A stretch of DNA of 64,000 nt, from positions 67,350-131,349 of the forward strand of contig CDMY01000294.1 of NCBI GenBank assembly GCA_001179505.1. Direction: 5' to 3'. Origin of the DNA: Vitrella brassicaformis CCMP3155 (Eukaryota; Protista; Chromerida). The notes under the pieces are model-generated. The model searched no databases and had not been told where the DNA came from. It saw only the letters and a program-made list of their open reading frames with translations. Position 1 is the stretch's first letter. Every line of letters starts with the position of its first letter. The position numbers and the translations under genes are program-made. Below are positions 52,529-64,000 of this stretch, piece after piece.

Positions 52529-55481
52529 ATGGCGGCCTGTCTGCACTGGCTGCTCTTCTTTCCGGGTCTTCTCTCTTTGGTAGAGGCCGCAGATTGGAAA
52601 AGTGAGCGGCCTCAGAAACACACGAGTGTCAGATGTCAGTGCAGGACGGTGCTCTTCTCTTCTGCCGGCGTGCAGGGCACTCTCCATCTGACTTCCTGCT
52701 GAGAGGTCACATCCTATTTCGCGGTAGGTGACACCTGCTCTCCGAGATGTGTCCAACTGGCTTGCATTCTCATGATTGCGTTGTCAGGTCCTGACCAGCC
52801 GCTCCCTCCACCAACCTCTCCCAATGAAGATCCACCTGCCCCTGCCCTGTCCTCTTTTGTGCTCACTGTCCCCCATCACGGCCTGCTGCCACACGCACCT
52901 CGCCACATCCTGCCGGCCCCTTCGTCGTTGGGGCGAGAAGGCATTCAGTCCATTGCATATGGCAGTCCACAGCTGTCAGAGCTGCCAGCGGAAGTACCAG
53001 AAGGCACAAGTGCTGCGGATGCAGCAATGGGGGCTGTGACTGAGTCGGCCAGGGAGATAGAGGTTGCCACGGAGGGCCCAGGGAGTGAGGCCGCGGTATG
53101 TCGTGAAATTCAGCATCAGAGACATGTACACGCGCTTGCTGTGTCTGTCTGTGGGTCTATATCATGCAGGTAGAGAGTGGGGCTCCGCCTGATGTCGAGT
53201 CCCCTGTGCCTGCTGACATCACATCTCCAACGATGGCGGCGGGTTCATCGACGCCACCGCTTGAGACGGTCAGACGCGTAACACCATCGATTGGTGGTTC
53301 ATGTCTCATCTCCGCTTCAGGTTCCGAGTGATCTGCCTACAGGTGGCCCGTCGTCACCACCTCTTCAGCCGACAGCGGCGGCGCCGTCAGCTGAGGGCCC
53401 TTCAGCAATCCCACTGGAGCCCGCCACAGTGACTGAAAAATCAGAATGAAGCATCCAGGCGTGTCTCATGCTCTTTGTCTCTTCTTCGTCTCTCAGGTTC
53501 CTGCCGACACTAGCGTTGCCCCGATGGTGACCGGCCCACCGACGGCGACTCCTTCATTTCTGCCGACAGAAATACCATCTCAGGCTCCTCTCAGCGCTAC
53601 TGTAATCTACGCATCAAAGACATGGATGCATCCTGGGTGTGCCAATGAGATCTCCATGGTTTCAGAGCCCCCCAATCGCCACAGAATTTCTCCCAACCAC
53701 CGCTGTCCCCACGGCTGCCTCCATGCCATCTAGTCCTCCGGTGAGTGAATGCGGGCGGGCATTCGGTCGGTGGTGTGCATGCGTGTGATATGATATGTAT
53801 CGTACAGGTCACGGTCACGGCCTCTCCAGTGCCGCTGGAAACTCTCCCTCCACCCATCGTCCCAACCATTCCCCCACATGTCATAACCAGCCCGGCGCCG
53901 CCATCTCCAGCTGTGACGATGCCGCCTGTTCCACCACCACCACCTGTTCCAGCAGAGGTGCCCGCAGAAATGCCGACCACCAGACGGCCACAGGAAGCGC
54001 CTCCGCTCCCACCGGCCAGAGGGACGACGGCACGGCCCATCAGAGAAATGGCTACGGCAATACCGGCAAGTGTCGGCCCTACTGAGGCTGTGACGACTGA
54101 GATGCCGCCACGTGAGGAAAAGGAGGTGTTTGCACCGCCACCGCCGACGAGGGCGCCAACCGATATCAAGAAGGACTTGGGCGATGCGAACGACACCTTG
54201 GAGGCGCCAAAAGGGGACGATGTAAGTGAAGTGACGGTGGTGTTTTGTTTTCATCTCATGGCGTGCAATCAACTCAGGATCAGGTGGTTGAGGCGGCGGT
54301 TCATCTGGACTATCCCTTCGAAGACATAAAGGACCTCGGAGCATTCAAGGAAGAAGTGGCGATCGCCCTCGCAGAGGCGGGACACATATCGGTAGGAAGA
54401 GAGCAAGACACGGAGACGCTGATGGCTGACGTTGGATGCTCGAACACCTCTCCCGTCATTCAGCTGGATCGTATCATTGTCTTGGACGTCAAGCCGGGGT
54501 CCACTGTCGTCACTGTCGAGGTGGGCGATCAGCAGGCGGTCAACGCAACCGTAGTAGTCCGGCTTTGGTGTGTGTGTGTGTGTGTGTGGTGCAGATTCTT
54601 TCGCCCAACGACCCGGGCGAGCCCGACGCTGAGGGCGCCTTCCACTCTATAAGCCAGGAGTTGTCAGATCCAAACGCGCCCATTCATCAGGGCATCAAGG
54701 GAGACCTTTTCGCCAATGCCACCGTGGTCGAACAGCCTCACGGTGAGACCGAGAGACACTGAGACATGGACGAGAGACACAAACCACACTTGTCTGTTTG
54801 TTTGTCTGTCTGTCTGTCTGTCAGGAACTGTTGTTGACGAGGACACTCTCCCAGATCTTCCGACATTGCCGCCAGAGATAGCCCAACGAGTGAGTCATCC
54901 AGCGAGGGAGAGAGGGGGAGGACTGCTTACTCACACTCCATGCGGCGGTCGATCGATGAATGGCTCATGTCCTGTGCAGGAAATGTCTGAGGATTTCCCC
55001 ACGAGTGGAAGGGGGTGTCGCGACGGCCTCAAGTATTGTGACGAGTTGAAGGGATGTATCGGGGAGACACATAACTGTCCACATGCACAGACAAGTAAGA
55101 AGACGCCAAGACAGCCACGGCACTCTCATCTAGTTCAATCCTCCATCTCGCAGCCAAGGAGTCCACAGCGGCGCCCTTTCCCGACACTGGTGGGGATGTC
55201 CGTGTCTCCTCCATCACGGAACAGTTCGCAGACGATGATCCCTTCGATTGGGACGAAGCCACGCAGGGAGGTCAGGCACACGCACAGAGAGAGATACATG
55301 CATGCAGGCCAGACCAGCCCTCACCCAATTCGTGTGTCTCTCCTCTGCATCTATAATATCAGTGGCCAACCCTTATGTGGTTGGGGTCAACTGGAGGTTT
55401 CCCGTGGTCATTGGCTTGGCGGCGGATTCGCCAATGGCGGAGTCCGACAGCCGCCGGGGCGGGTGCGAAAGGGGAGGATAA
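52529..55481 (+). CDS. Secreted Pro/Thr/Ser-rich mucin-like protein with SEA-like module and small Cys cluster
   Basis: Signal-like MAACLHWLLFFPGLLSLVEA; many short P/T-rich exons; FKEEVAIALAEAGHIS|LDRIIVLDVKPGSTVVTVE|IL; C-rich CRDGLKYCDELKGCIGETHNC; stop 55481. An alternative in-frame ATG exists at 52451. Confidence 0.6.
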
Positions 55482-56662
55482 GAGGGGGGAGGGGATAGAG
55501 CTATGTTGATTGAGTGTGGTGTGTGGCGGGAGAGCCATCTGTGTGTTGTGCGTGGATGGATGGATGGATGGATGCGCGGCATGTGGTCGTCGTCAGCGTA
55601 GACGGACTCATATATCGCACGGTGTGTGCATTGCTCATGGTCGAATTAATTGCACTTGAAGCACCTCTCCCTTCAGTGAATTGGTTGGCATCTTGAAGTA
55701 AGTCACGCATCCATCGAGTCCTCCCTGCGCATATCGCGGTCAAGCCTGAGCATTGGTACACGCCGTGCGACAAAGGACAAGGTCGGCTGTGTGTGGATCA
55801 CACCCCGACCTCAAGGTTTGTCTGTCGACGCACGCACACGCACACGCATGCCCGAACGGCCTGACTGACCATGGAGTGGTAGCCAGATGGAACGAACACG
55901 GAGAACAAACAAGGGGAAAGAAGAAAAAACGAGATAGATGTTTGAGCCGAAAACGCCACGCCGGTGCGTGTGGAGAAATAAAGGNNNNNNNNNNNNNNNN
56001 NNNNNNNNNNNNNNNNNNNNNNNNNNNNNNNNNNNNNNNNNNNNNNNNNNNNNNNNNNNNNNNNNNNNNNNNNNNNNNNNNNNNNNNNNNNNNNNNNNNN
56101 NNNNNNNNNNNNNNNNNNNNNNNNNNNNNNNNNNNNNNNNNNNNNNNNNNNNNNNNNNNNNNNNNNNNNNNNNNNNNNNNNNNNNNNNNNNNNNNNNNNN
56201 NNNNNNNNNNNNNNNNNNNNNNNNNNNNNNNNNNNNNNNNNNNNNNNNNNNNNNNNNNNNNNNNNNNNNNNNNNNNNNNNNNNNGAGGATAGATAGAGAG
56301 CCATTACAAATTAACACACGGTCAGCTAGTCAACACATACATACAACATACATACCACACGCACCCACCGCCCGCCCACCGCCCGCCCGTCTCTCTCTGC
56401 GTGCGTGGTTTGCTTGCGCGACTGACTTGTCGGTCGGGCCCTTTTGCTCTCTCATTGGATTGGTGTGCCTGGCTGCCTTTCCCTGCCTGTTGGTTGGAAA
56501 TGGCAAGACACCCACACCACAGCTTTCAGGGCGGCCAAGCCATACACGAACTAGGCAGCATAACACACATACACGTACACTCCGTCACCAGCACAAACAA
56601 ACCAGCACACCCTACGCCAGAAAGGTCTTACTTATGTGGGTGGGTGTCACTGTTCGGCCTCA

Positions 56663-56973
56663 TTATTCTGTGCCAGTGAGTGCATGAATTAGGTACTTCT
56701 TGATCTTGGCGAGATGCCCCACCTGGCTAATGGCCAGCTGCCGAGCTATGAAGGGCGTGTTCTTCAGGTCATGACCAAAGTACGCCTGGTGGACCCACGC
56801 ACATCACAACACACACCCGACAATGAATGTCATCCATGTGGCTGGCTGACTGTCTGCCGGTCGTTGCATGAACCACACCACACCACACCCACACCCACAC
56901 CCACACCCACCTGGCTGAGCATCGTGACGGTCGTGCGTCCGTGTCCGGTGTCGTCGATCACATACGCGCTCAA
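56663..56973 (-). pseudogene. Duplicated last two exons of the START-domain gene
   Basis: LSAYVIDDTGHGRTTVTMLSQ|AYFGHDLKNTPFIARQLAISQVGHLAKIKKYLIHALTGTE* with intact splice sites; upstream exons absent. Confidence 0.7.
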
Positions 56974-57661
56974 CTGATCGATCCACCACACCACACAGCA
57001 TACATAGCACACACACATTCACACAGAGAGCGAGAGGGTGGGTGTGGGAACCAGTGTGTGGGAGGGCGGCTCATACGTTCAAGTGAGGAGGGGAAATTTT
57101 CTCGTTGACGGTATCTTGGTCCGTAGTAAGCCCCCACAATGATATCCATCTCTTGGATCTTGTCTATCAGGTCTCTGTGGGCCTGCAGACCCTCGACAAG
57201 GGTAACCCTACAGTCAGAAACGTGAAAATCCCGCCAGCGTCGGTGCTCTGTGTGTGGGGCTGCTGCTGACCTCTCCTTTGGCACCTGTGTGGCGAATGAG
57301 CTGATGCACTTGACCCATGTAATGGATGGACCGGGCCGCACCCACAGAGCCAAACACGGGCCTGCGGAGATGGACAAACATGGGAGAGGGAGGGGGTCAG
57401 AGAGAAGTTCCGCAGAGGCCAATTGGTCGGCGCATAGCAAAGCCCTCATCGAGAGCAATCCTCTGGCCCCCGAATAAGCCTCCGGGTCGTGGCGCAACAC
57501 GCCATCTCGACCTGCACACACAGACAGACACGGACACAGAGAGAGATGTCAGCTCACTTGTCCTTCTGGCTGCTCCTGACTGCGTGTATGGCCTTCCCGA
57601 GAGCCTCTCTGCGGAGATCTGTCGGTTTGTGCGCCCCTTTGCCCAGCGCGTCTAAGCTCGC

Positions 57662-57779
57662 AACCCTACACCCTGAACCCTAAACCCTACGCTCTCTGCT
57701 TTTGAGGGCTTTTTCCCATTGCAAGGGGCGGCGAGGCGATGGATGTGCTCAGCTAAACCCTAATTATGCGTAGGGTCTG
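57662..57779 (+). repeat. Interstitial telomere-like repeats plus ACCCTA-N8-TAGGGT inverted pair
   Basis: aaccctacaccctgaaccctaaaccctac at ~57662-57690; aaaccctaattatgcgtagggt at ~57755-57776. Confidence 0.65.
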
Positions 57780-57919
57780 CGAAGTTCGCGAATGCGCGTG
57801 TGCAGGAGTGCGCAGCACGCAGGAAGGCACCTTCCCACACACGGATGTGCGCAGGGGAGGGCTGTGTGTGCAGAGAGGGAGGGAGGGGGCGTGCACTGCG
57901 CATGTGCCCCTCTCTCTCC

Positions 57920-57952
<33 letters not shown>

Positions 57953-59239
57953 TGTGTCGATGTGTGTGTGTTCATGCCTGCCTGCCTGCCTCTAAGGTTG
58001 CGTGCGCTCTTGGGGGCGGGTGCGAAAGGGGAGGATGAGAGGGGGGAGGGGATAGAGCTATGTTGATTGAGTGTGGTGTGTGGCGGGAGAGCCATCTGTG
58101 TGTTGTGGATGGATGGATGGCATGTGGTGGTCGTCAGCGTAGACGGACTCATATATCGCACGGTGTGTGCATTGCTCATGGTTGAATTCACTGCACTTGA
58201 AGCACCTCTCCCTTCAGTGAATTGGTTGGCATCTTGAAGTCACGCATCCATCGAGTCCTCCCTGCGCATATCGCAGTCAAGCCTGAGCATTGGTACACGC
58301 CGTGCGACAAAGGACAAGGTCGGCTGTGTGTGGATCACACTCCGACCTCAAGCTTTGTCTGTCGACGCACGCACACGCACACGCATGCCCGAACGGCCTG
58401 ACTGACCATGGAGTGGTAGCCAGATGGAACGAACACGGAGAACAAACAAGGGGAAAGAAGAAAAAACGAGATAGATGTTTGAGCCGAAAACGCCACGCCG
58501 GTGCGTGTGGAGAAATAAAGGCAAGCAAGGCAGCACTTATGAATTCTGCTAGCTAGAGCTATCAATCTATGCACGGCGGCCAAAATCGCCCACTCTCGTT
58601 TGGTCCCGATGGGTGGTGCATGTCTGTCATGTGCGGGGCAAGAAGCACGTCTCACTCTCTCTTGTGCTTCTTCGAGTGAGCAGGAAAGTGGGCACGTCCC
58701 ATGACATGACATGACATGAATGAGCATCTCTCTCCCCCTCCCTCCCTCCCTCTGTACACAGGATGACATGATGGCGGTGGGTAGGAAGGGTGATGTTAAG
58801 TATACAAGGACATATGGCATGGTATGGTATGGTATGATATAGACAGACAGACAGACAGATGGAGGATAGATAGAGAGCCATTACAAATTAACACACGGTC
58901 AGCTAGTCAACACATACATACAACATACATACCACACGCACCCACCGCCCGCCCACCGCCCGCCCGTCTCTCTCTGCGTGCGTGGTTTGCTTGCGCGACT
59001 GACTTGTCGGTCGGGCCCTTTTGCTCTCTCATTGGATTGGTGTGCCTGGCTGCCTTTCCCTGCCTGTTGGTTGGAAATGGCAAGACACCCACAGCACAGC
59101 TTTCAGGGCGGCCAAGCCACACACGAACTAGGCAGCATAACACACATACACACACACTCCGTCACCAGCACAAACAAACCAGCACACCCTACGCCAGAAA
59201 GGTCTTACTTATGTGGGTGGGTGTCACTGTTCGGCCTCA

Positions 59240-62087
59240 TTATTCTGTGCCAGTGAGTGCATGAATTAGGTACTTCTTGATCTTGGCGAGATGCCCCACC
59301 TGGCTAATGGCCAGCTGCCGAGCTATGAAGGGCGTGTTCTTCAGGTCATGACCAAAGTACGCCTGGTGGACCCACGCACATCACAACACACACCCGACAA
59401 TGAATGTCATCCATGTGGCTGGCTGATTGTCTGTCGGTCGTTGCATGAAACACACCACACCCACACCCACACCCACACCCACACCCACCTGGCTGAGCAT
59501 CGTGACGGTCGTGCGTCCGTTGCCGGTGTCGTCGATGACATATGCGCTCAACTGATCGATCCACCACACCACACAGCATACACAGCACACACACATTCAC
59601 ACAGATGTCACTCCCTGCCTCACCCACCCCTCTCCATCCATCCATCCATCCATCTCTCATCTGGCTCACTCACCTCAGTGTGCCCACGAATCAGCTCCGT
59701 GTTGGGTGGGGGAGGGGGCAGCTCCACCCCACGCACCAGCTCGACCAGCGGCTGCAGCGTCCCGGTGGTCGGCTGCTCGTCAGGGGCCGGCATGAGCAGG
59801 CTCTTGGCCGCCAGCACCAGACGAGTGGGGGACACCTGCACACAGCAAAGCACAGCGTATAGTAAGGGTGAGTGTGCTGTCCGTCCTTTGTTTGTCTTCG
59901 GGCATGTCTGTCTGTCTGTCTATCTCACCTGCCTTCTGCCGCCCATGACGATGAATTCCCTCCCCGGCCGGCCCATCATGCCCTTGAACGCCTGATACGT
60001 CACACGCCCATTCGCCACACTGAAGTCGAATAGCACCTCGCCTGCACACAAACAAACAGCACCACACACCACACCACGTGTGTCATGCATCAACCAGCCA
60101 CCCACTTCCTCACACAACACACGCACCTGCCAGGAACTGCTGATCGTAGTGTTTCTTGAAGTCGGGCGCCCTGAGGAAGGCGGCGATGTCGCCGCCCTTG
60201 ACGGAGCCGAAGTCCATCGACCCCTTGAACAGAGGCAGGCACGACACATCCGCCGACCCGTCCAGCACCGTCGACGAGGCCGCCGCATCGGGGCGCGAGC
60301 AAGACTCCAACTGGACCGTCTGTCCCCACCATGGATGGCAGGATGGATGGATGAGTGTGAAGGGGTGTGCTGTGTGTCTGGTGGTGTGTCTGTCTGGCTC
60401 CCTCCCTCACTAACCTGCACGCCTGATGGTGATCCAGCGGTCCTCCACCGGACCTCGTCGCTCTTGCTGTCCATCAGGGCCGCCACGCGCGCCACCACAC
60501 AATCAATCTGCCCGTCAGGTCAGCATTTTTTGATGATGCACTCGGTGGGTCAGGTCGCTAGGCAGCTTTCTTCCTTTCTGACCTCTTCTTTGAGCGCCTG
60601 GGCGGCCGCCTCTTGCCCCGGTTGCAGCGTGAGGCTTTCATCAGCCGAATCGGCCGCCATGTTGCAGCTCGCTGGCCCTTTGGCGGGAGTCGTGTGGCTG
60701 GCTGGGGGGGCCTCCTTGCCAGCCGATGGCGACCCCTCCCCCTCAGTGCCGCTCTCCACACTGGGAGTCTCGCCGTTCTCGCGCGTCGACAGCGTCGTGG
60801 GGGTGGGCGCCTCGTCGCCTTTGTTGTTCTCATTCTCATCCCTGCCAGCCCCCGCATCTACCTCCTCATCGCTCTCATAGTCGCTCTCATCGTCTTCTCT
60901 CTCTCGCTCCGCCTGCTGCCTGAGCACCTTGGCGATCTTGGGCAGCGTGGTGATGTGGTTGGTGGTCACCATGCGCTGGATCATCTGAGAGAGGTTGCCG
61001 CCCAGGTCCGTCTGCGACACGGCCGACATCCGGAGGGTGGGCCTGGGCTGGTCGTCGAGGACCTGGATTGCGTATGCGGCGATGTAGATGTGGCCGCGGT
61101 GGCGGGTGGCCACACGCTCCATCAGGCCGGCGGTGTCGCCCTCGTCCTTTGACGCCAGGAGGGACTCGATGTGGGCGGTGAGGGAGGCCACGTCGATGGC
61201 CCTGGTGCTGTCACTGTCGCTGCCGCCGTCTTCATTGTCTTGTGTGAAGGTGTTTAGGAGCGCCGGTGCGAGGCAGTCGATGCCTCCCGTGGCCATGATG
61301 ACGTGAGTGGGCGACTTGGACTTGTGGAACCTGACACACAGACAGACAGACAGGGAGGAGGGATGCATTCCTCATGTAGATGAGCGGACGACCGTCTGCT
61401 AGGCGGCCATCTGTCTGTCTTTTTGTTGCGCTTACGCGACGGTTACGAAGTCTCGTCCGGGGAAGCTGAGCATGCCCTTGAAGGACTGGTATGCGATGAC
61501 GGCATCGCCCTCATAGTGACTCAGCACCAACATGTCCTCCGCCATCGGGTCGATCTCCCTGGCACACCACGAGACACATCCACACGTGGTAGTTAGGTGG
61601 GTGCATTGTGTCCTCTGTCCCCACTCACTTGCGTCTCTCTAGGTTGTGCTGCATGTAGTCGAAGGCGGCCTCGAAAGTCACCCCGCCGTCGCCGCAGGGG
61701 ATGTCGATGGAGCCACGGAAGATGGGTGGCAGGTCAGGCACATCCAGCCTCTCCGTCTGCCACACGCACACACACACAGCCACAACAGCTCTCTCTACTG
61801 CATGAGGGCACTGGTGAGCCAAACAGCCAGGCACCTGTATGCCCTGCAGGATGCCGTTGTTGACCCAGCCTTCTGTAGACGACAGCAGCTCATCAGCACG
61901 CTCGCAGTGTGCCTGCGCCTGCTCAGCACAGCACCGGGCAGGCCATCAGAACATCACAAGACACTCAGGGGGAAAGTATCACCGGCTTCAGCGTCTCCCC
62001 GCCTGTCCGCTGCCTTTGGCCGTCTGTGCTCTCTGTGTGTGTGTGTACCGTATCCCGGCAGAAGCTCCTCAGTTGCGCGTCGTCCAT
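59240..62087 (-). CDS. Protein with two tandem START (StAR-related lipid transfer)-like domains
   Basis: Domain 1: IFRGSIDIP..VIAYQSFKGMLSFPGRDFVTV..YAIQV..AVSQTDLGGNLSQMI. Domain 2: LFKGSMDF..KHYDQQF..VTYQAFKGMMGRPGREFIV..ELIRGHTE|LSAYVI..VTMLSQ. All exons in frame. Confidence 0.8.
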
Positions 62088-62223
62088 CTCTCTCTGTCCG
62101 TACGGGATCTGTTGCGTCCGAAGGCCGGCGGCCTATGGAGATCAGGAATCACAGCGGACCCACGGATCTCGCTTCCCCAAGCAAGAACCTCCTCTTGCGG
62201 AGATCTGGAGTTCGAGCGGCAGC

Positions 62224-62246
62224 CTAGGGTGCTGCCTGAAACCGCT
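62224..62246 (+). promoter_or_regulatory. Conserved 23-bp promoter motif, copy 4 (CTAGGGTGCTGCCTGAAACCGCT)
   Basis: Lies between the START gene start (62087) and the Erv start (62285). Confidence 0.7.
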
Positions 62247-62284
62247 GTTTGTCCGCAAGCAGACGAGACCTTCTCTGGCGTGGA

Positions 62285-63036
62285 ATGGACCAGCTTGACC
62301 GTGAGCTCGAGAGGTGCACTGAGGCTTCATGTGGAGACCGGCCGCAGGTACGAATGACACAGGCCGCAACGAGATGTATGGTTGCTCATCTGCTGTGCTG
62401 TGCTGTGTTGTGCTGTGTTGTGCTGTGCTGTGTCAGGTTGCCCGTCCTGCGGGCGCCCCGCCTCCTCCGCCAGACCGCAATGAAATCGGACAAGCCGGAT
62501 GGCATTTCGTAAGTAAAACAGCCAGACAGCCAGACAGCCAGACAGCCAGACAGACAGACAGAAAGGCAGGCATCGCATCGGGCACACACGCACAGACCAG
62601 ACTGCTCACGACAGACTGCTCGTGCATGTGTTCCTTGCTGTGCTGCTCGTCCTGTGTGCAGCTGCACACGCTGGCGGCGCGTCACCCGGCGGCGCCGAGT
62701 GACGAGGAGCGGCTGGTGTCCAAGGCGTGGATGTGGGCCTTCACAAGGCTGTACCCCTGCCACATCTGCCGACTGGGGTTCGAAAAGATACTCAAAGACT
62801 CACAACCAAGGTAGGTTGATTTGTGTGTTGGCGGGCAGATGCCCTGACATCACATCACATCTACAGCTTTTATGTGTTGCGCGCGCGCGTGTGTGTGTGC
62901 GTGCAGGACGGAGAGCCGTGATTCGTATGCGATGTGGATGTGTGAGGTGCACAACGCCGTTAACGAAGACATCGGCGCGCCGACGAGGCCGTGTGTGCTG
63001 GAGGAGCTCCTCAAGATGGGCATCACCAGCACATGA
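62285..63036 (+). CDS. ERV1: Erv1/ALR family FAD-dependent sulfhydryl oxidase
   Basis: PPDRNEIGQAGWHF|LHTLAA, LYPCHIC (CxxC), WMCEVHNAVN..PC (CX16C). Four exons in frame. Confidence 0.92.
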
Positions 63037-63733
63037 CATGACATGAGTGGGTGCGTGTCGTTGCGGGCGTGACTGACTATGTATGTTGACGACAGGCCTG
63101 CAGCGGATACAAAAGATACATGGGCGTGTCTGTCGTGTGCAGCCAGGAGTGTACAGAGGGTGCGGTGCGTGAGTGGATGCATGGGATGCCTGTTCCTCTT
63201 TCAGCTGACTGACTGAGGCGATTTGCGATGAAGTCAGTGCCATGCCGGTGTCGTTCTGATATAATATGACTGTCTACATCCACTCCATCTCGCGTAAGTA
63301 TCAATCATGTGCAAGCGACAGCGCGTGGGGCAAGATAGATCGATGCAGACAGCCATCGTTCGGAGCGGAGGCACACGAGGGTGAGAGGCAGTTTGTTGTG
63401 TGCGAGGTTAGTCTGTGAGGTTAGTCTGTTCGTGGAATTGTCTTCGTGTCGTGGACGCTGGATCGAGAAACACTGGGTGACGTTCGAACACCAGCGCGCA
63501 GGTGACGTGTTGCTGTCCGTTCCCCAGCTGTCCTCCATCCAGCGCGCAGCACGGAAATGACATACAGTGAGAGGCTCCGTACAAAGATGAAGCTGACCCT
63601 TTCAGTTGCCATTAAAACGGTCATCAGACTCCGGCGAGGTGGGGGGGGAAACTGTCATTAACCGTAACACTCGTCTGTGTTTCCGTGATACTCATACAAA
63701 TACAGTCCCATCAGCACGCAGAGTCAAACAGGC

Positions 63734-64000
63734 TCAAGGGGAGGAGGGATCAATCCCCGCCCCATCAGCACACCCCAGTCCCGCAAACCCTCCCCTCCCT
63801 CCCCCACGCAGACAGAAGCTAGTCGCACGCGCGAGGGCGATAGACAAGCGAGAGCGAATCCATCCAGACACATGACTGAACCCCCGACCCTTCCACCCCT
63901 CCTTCTCCAACAGCGCATGAGCCATGTGGGCGATGAACACGTTGGCATCGTGTCCCCACACACCGTTACACGTCACCACCAGAGGGCAGAAGGTCACGCG
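63734..64000 (-). mobile_element. 3' end of a non-LTR retrotransposon ORF with restriction-like endonuclease C-terminus (CRE/R2-type group); runs off the window
   Basis: FCPLVVTCNGVWGHDANVFIAHMAHALL..FSHVSGWIRSRLSIALARATSFCLRG matches the F.PLV...G.....F...LA......YS....W.R.RLS.A..RA...CLRG tail typical of RLE elements. Intronless. Confidence 0.75.

Larger units (their letters stand above)
55462..59600. repeat. Diverged segmental tandem duplication, ~2.55 kb offset
   Basis: ~55462-55984 matches ~58013-58520 and 56285-57030 matches 58862-59600, with substitutions and microsatellite-length differences. Confidence 0.9.

Noticed and set aside
20553-56284. ORFs containing long X runs
   Set aside because: Artefacts of translating through the six ~300-N scaffold gaps.

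Overview
Eukaryotic, intron-rich, GC-rich genomic DNA with microsatellite-laden introns and six ~300-N scaffold gaps. The style fits the chromerid Vitrella brassicaformis (inference, not proven). I reconstructed spliced genes by hand from GT-AG sites and frame continuity. Recognisable genes: a DDX5/DBP2 helicase, COG7, an F-box protein, an SLC35E/UXT-type transporter, PUF60, a divergent macrodomain protein, MED31, a double-START-domain protein and an Erv1/ALR oxidase. Also present: a RanBP2-zinc-finger + AAA_33 P-loop protein, a large WD40 protein, a mucin-like secreted protein, a Ser/Pro-rich protein built by tandem exon duplication, tandem kinase-C-lobe-like fragments, a frameshifted gene, and the 3' end of an RLE-type non-LTR retrotransposon. 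The most interesting signals are regulatory. (1) A 23-bp motif CTAGGGTG-N3-CCTGAAAC(C/T)GCT occurs at four gene starts. (2) Six head-to-head gene pairs have ATG-to-ATG gaps of 221, 225, 226, 229, 224 and 197 bp. (3) The DDX5 gene holds a candidate poison exon. (4) Many introns have AC-rich 5' halves and GT-rich 3' halves that could base-pair. (5) PUF60 carries a U2AF65-like N-terminus.
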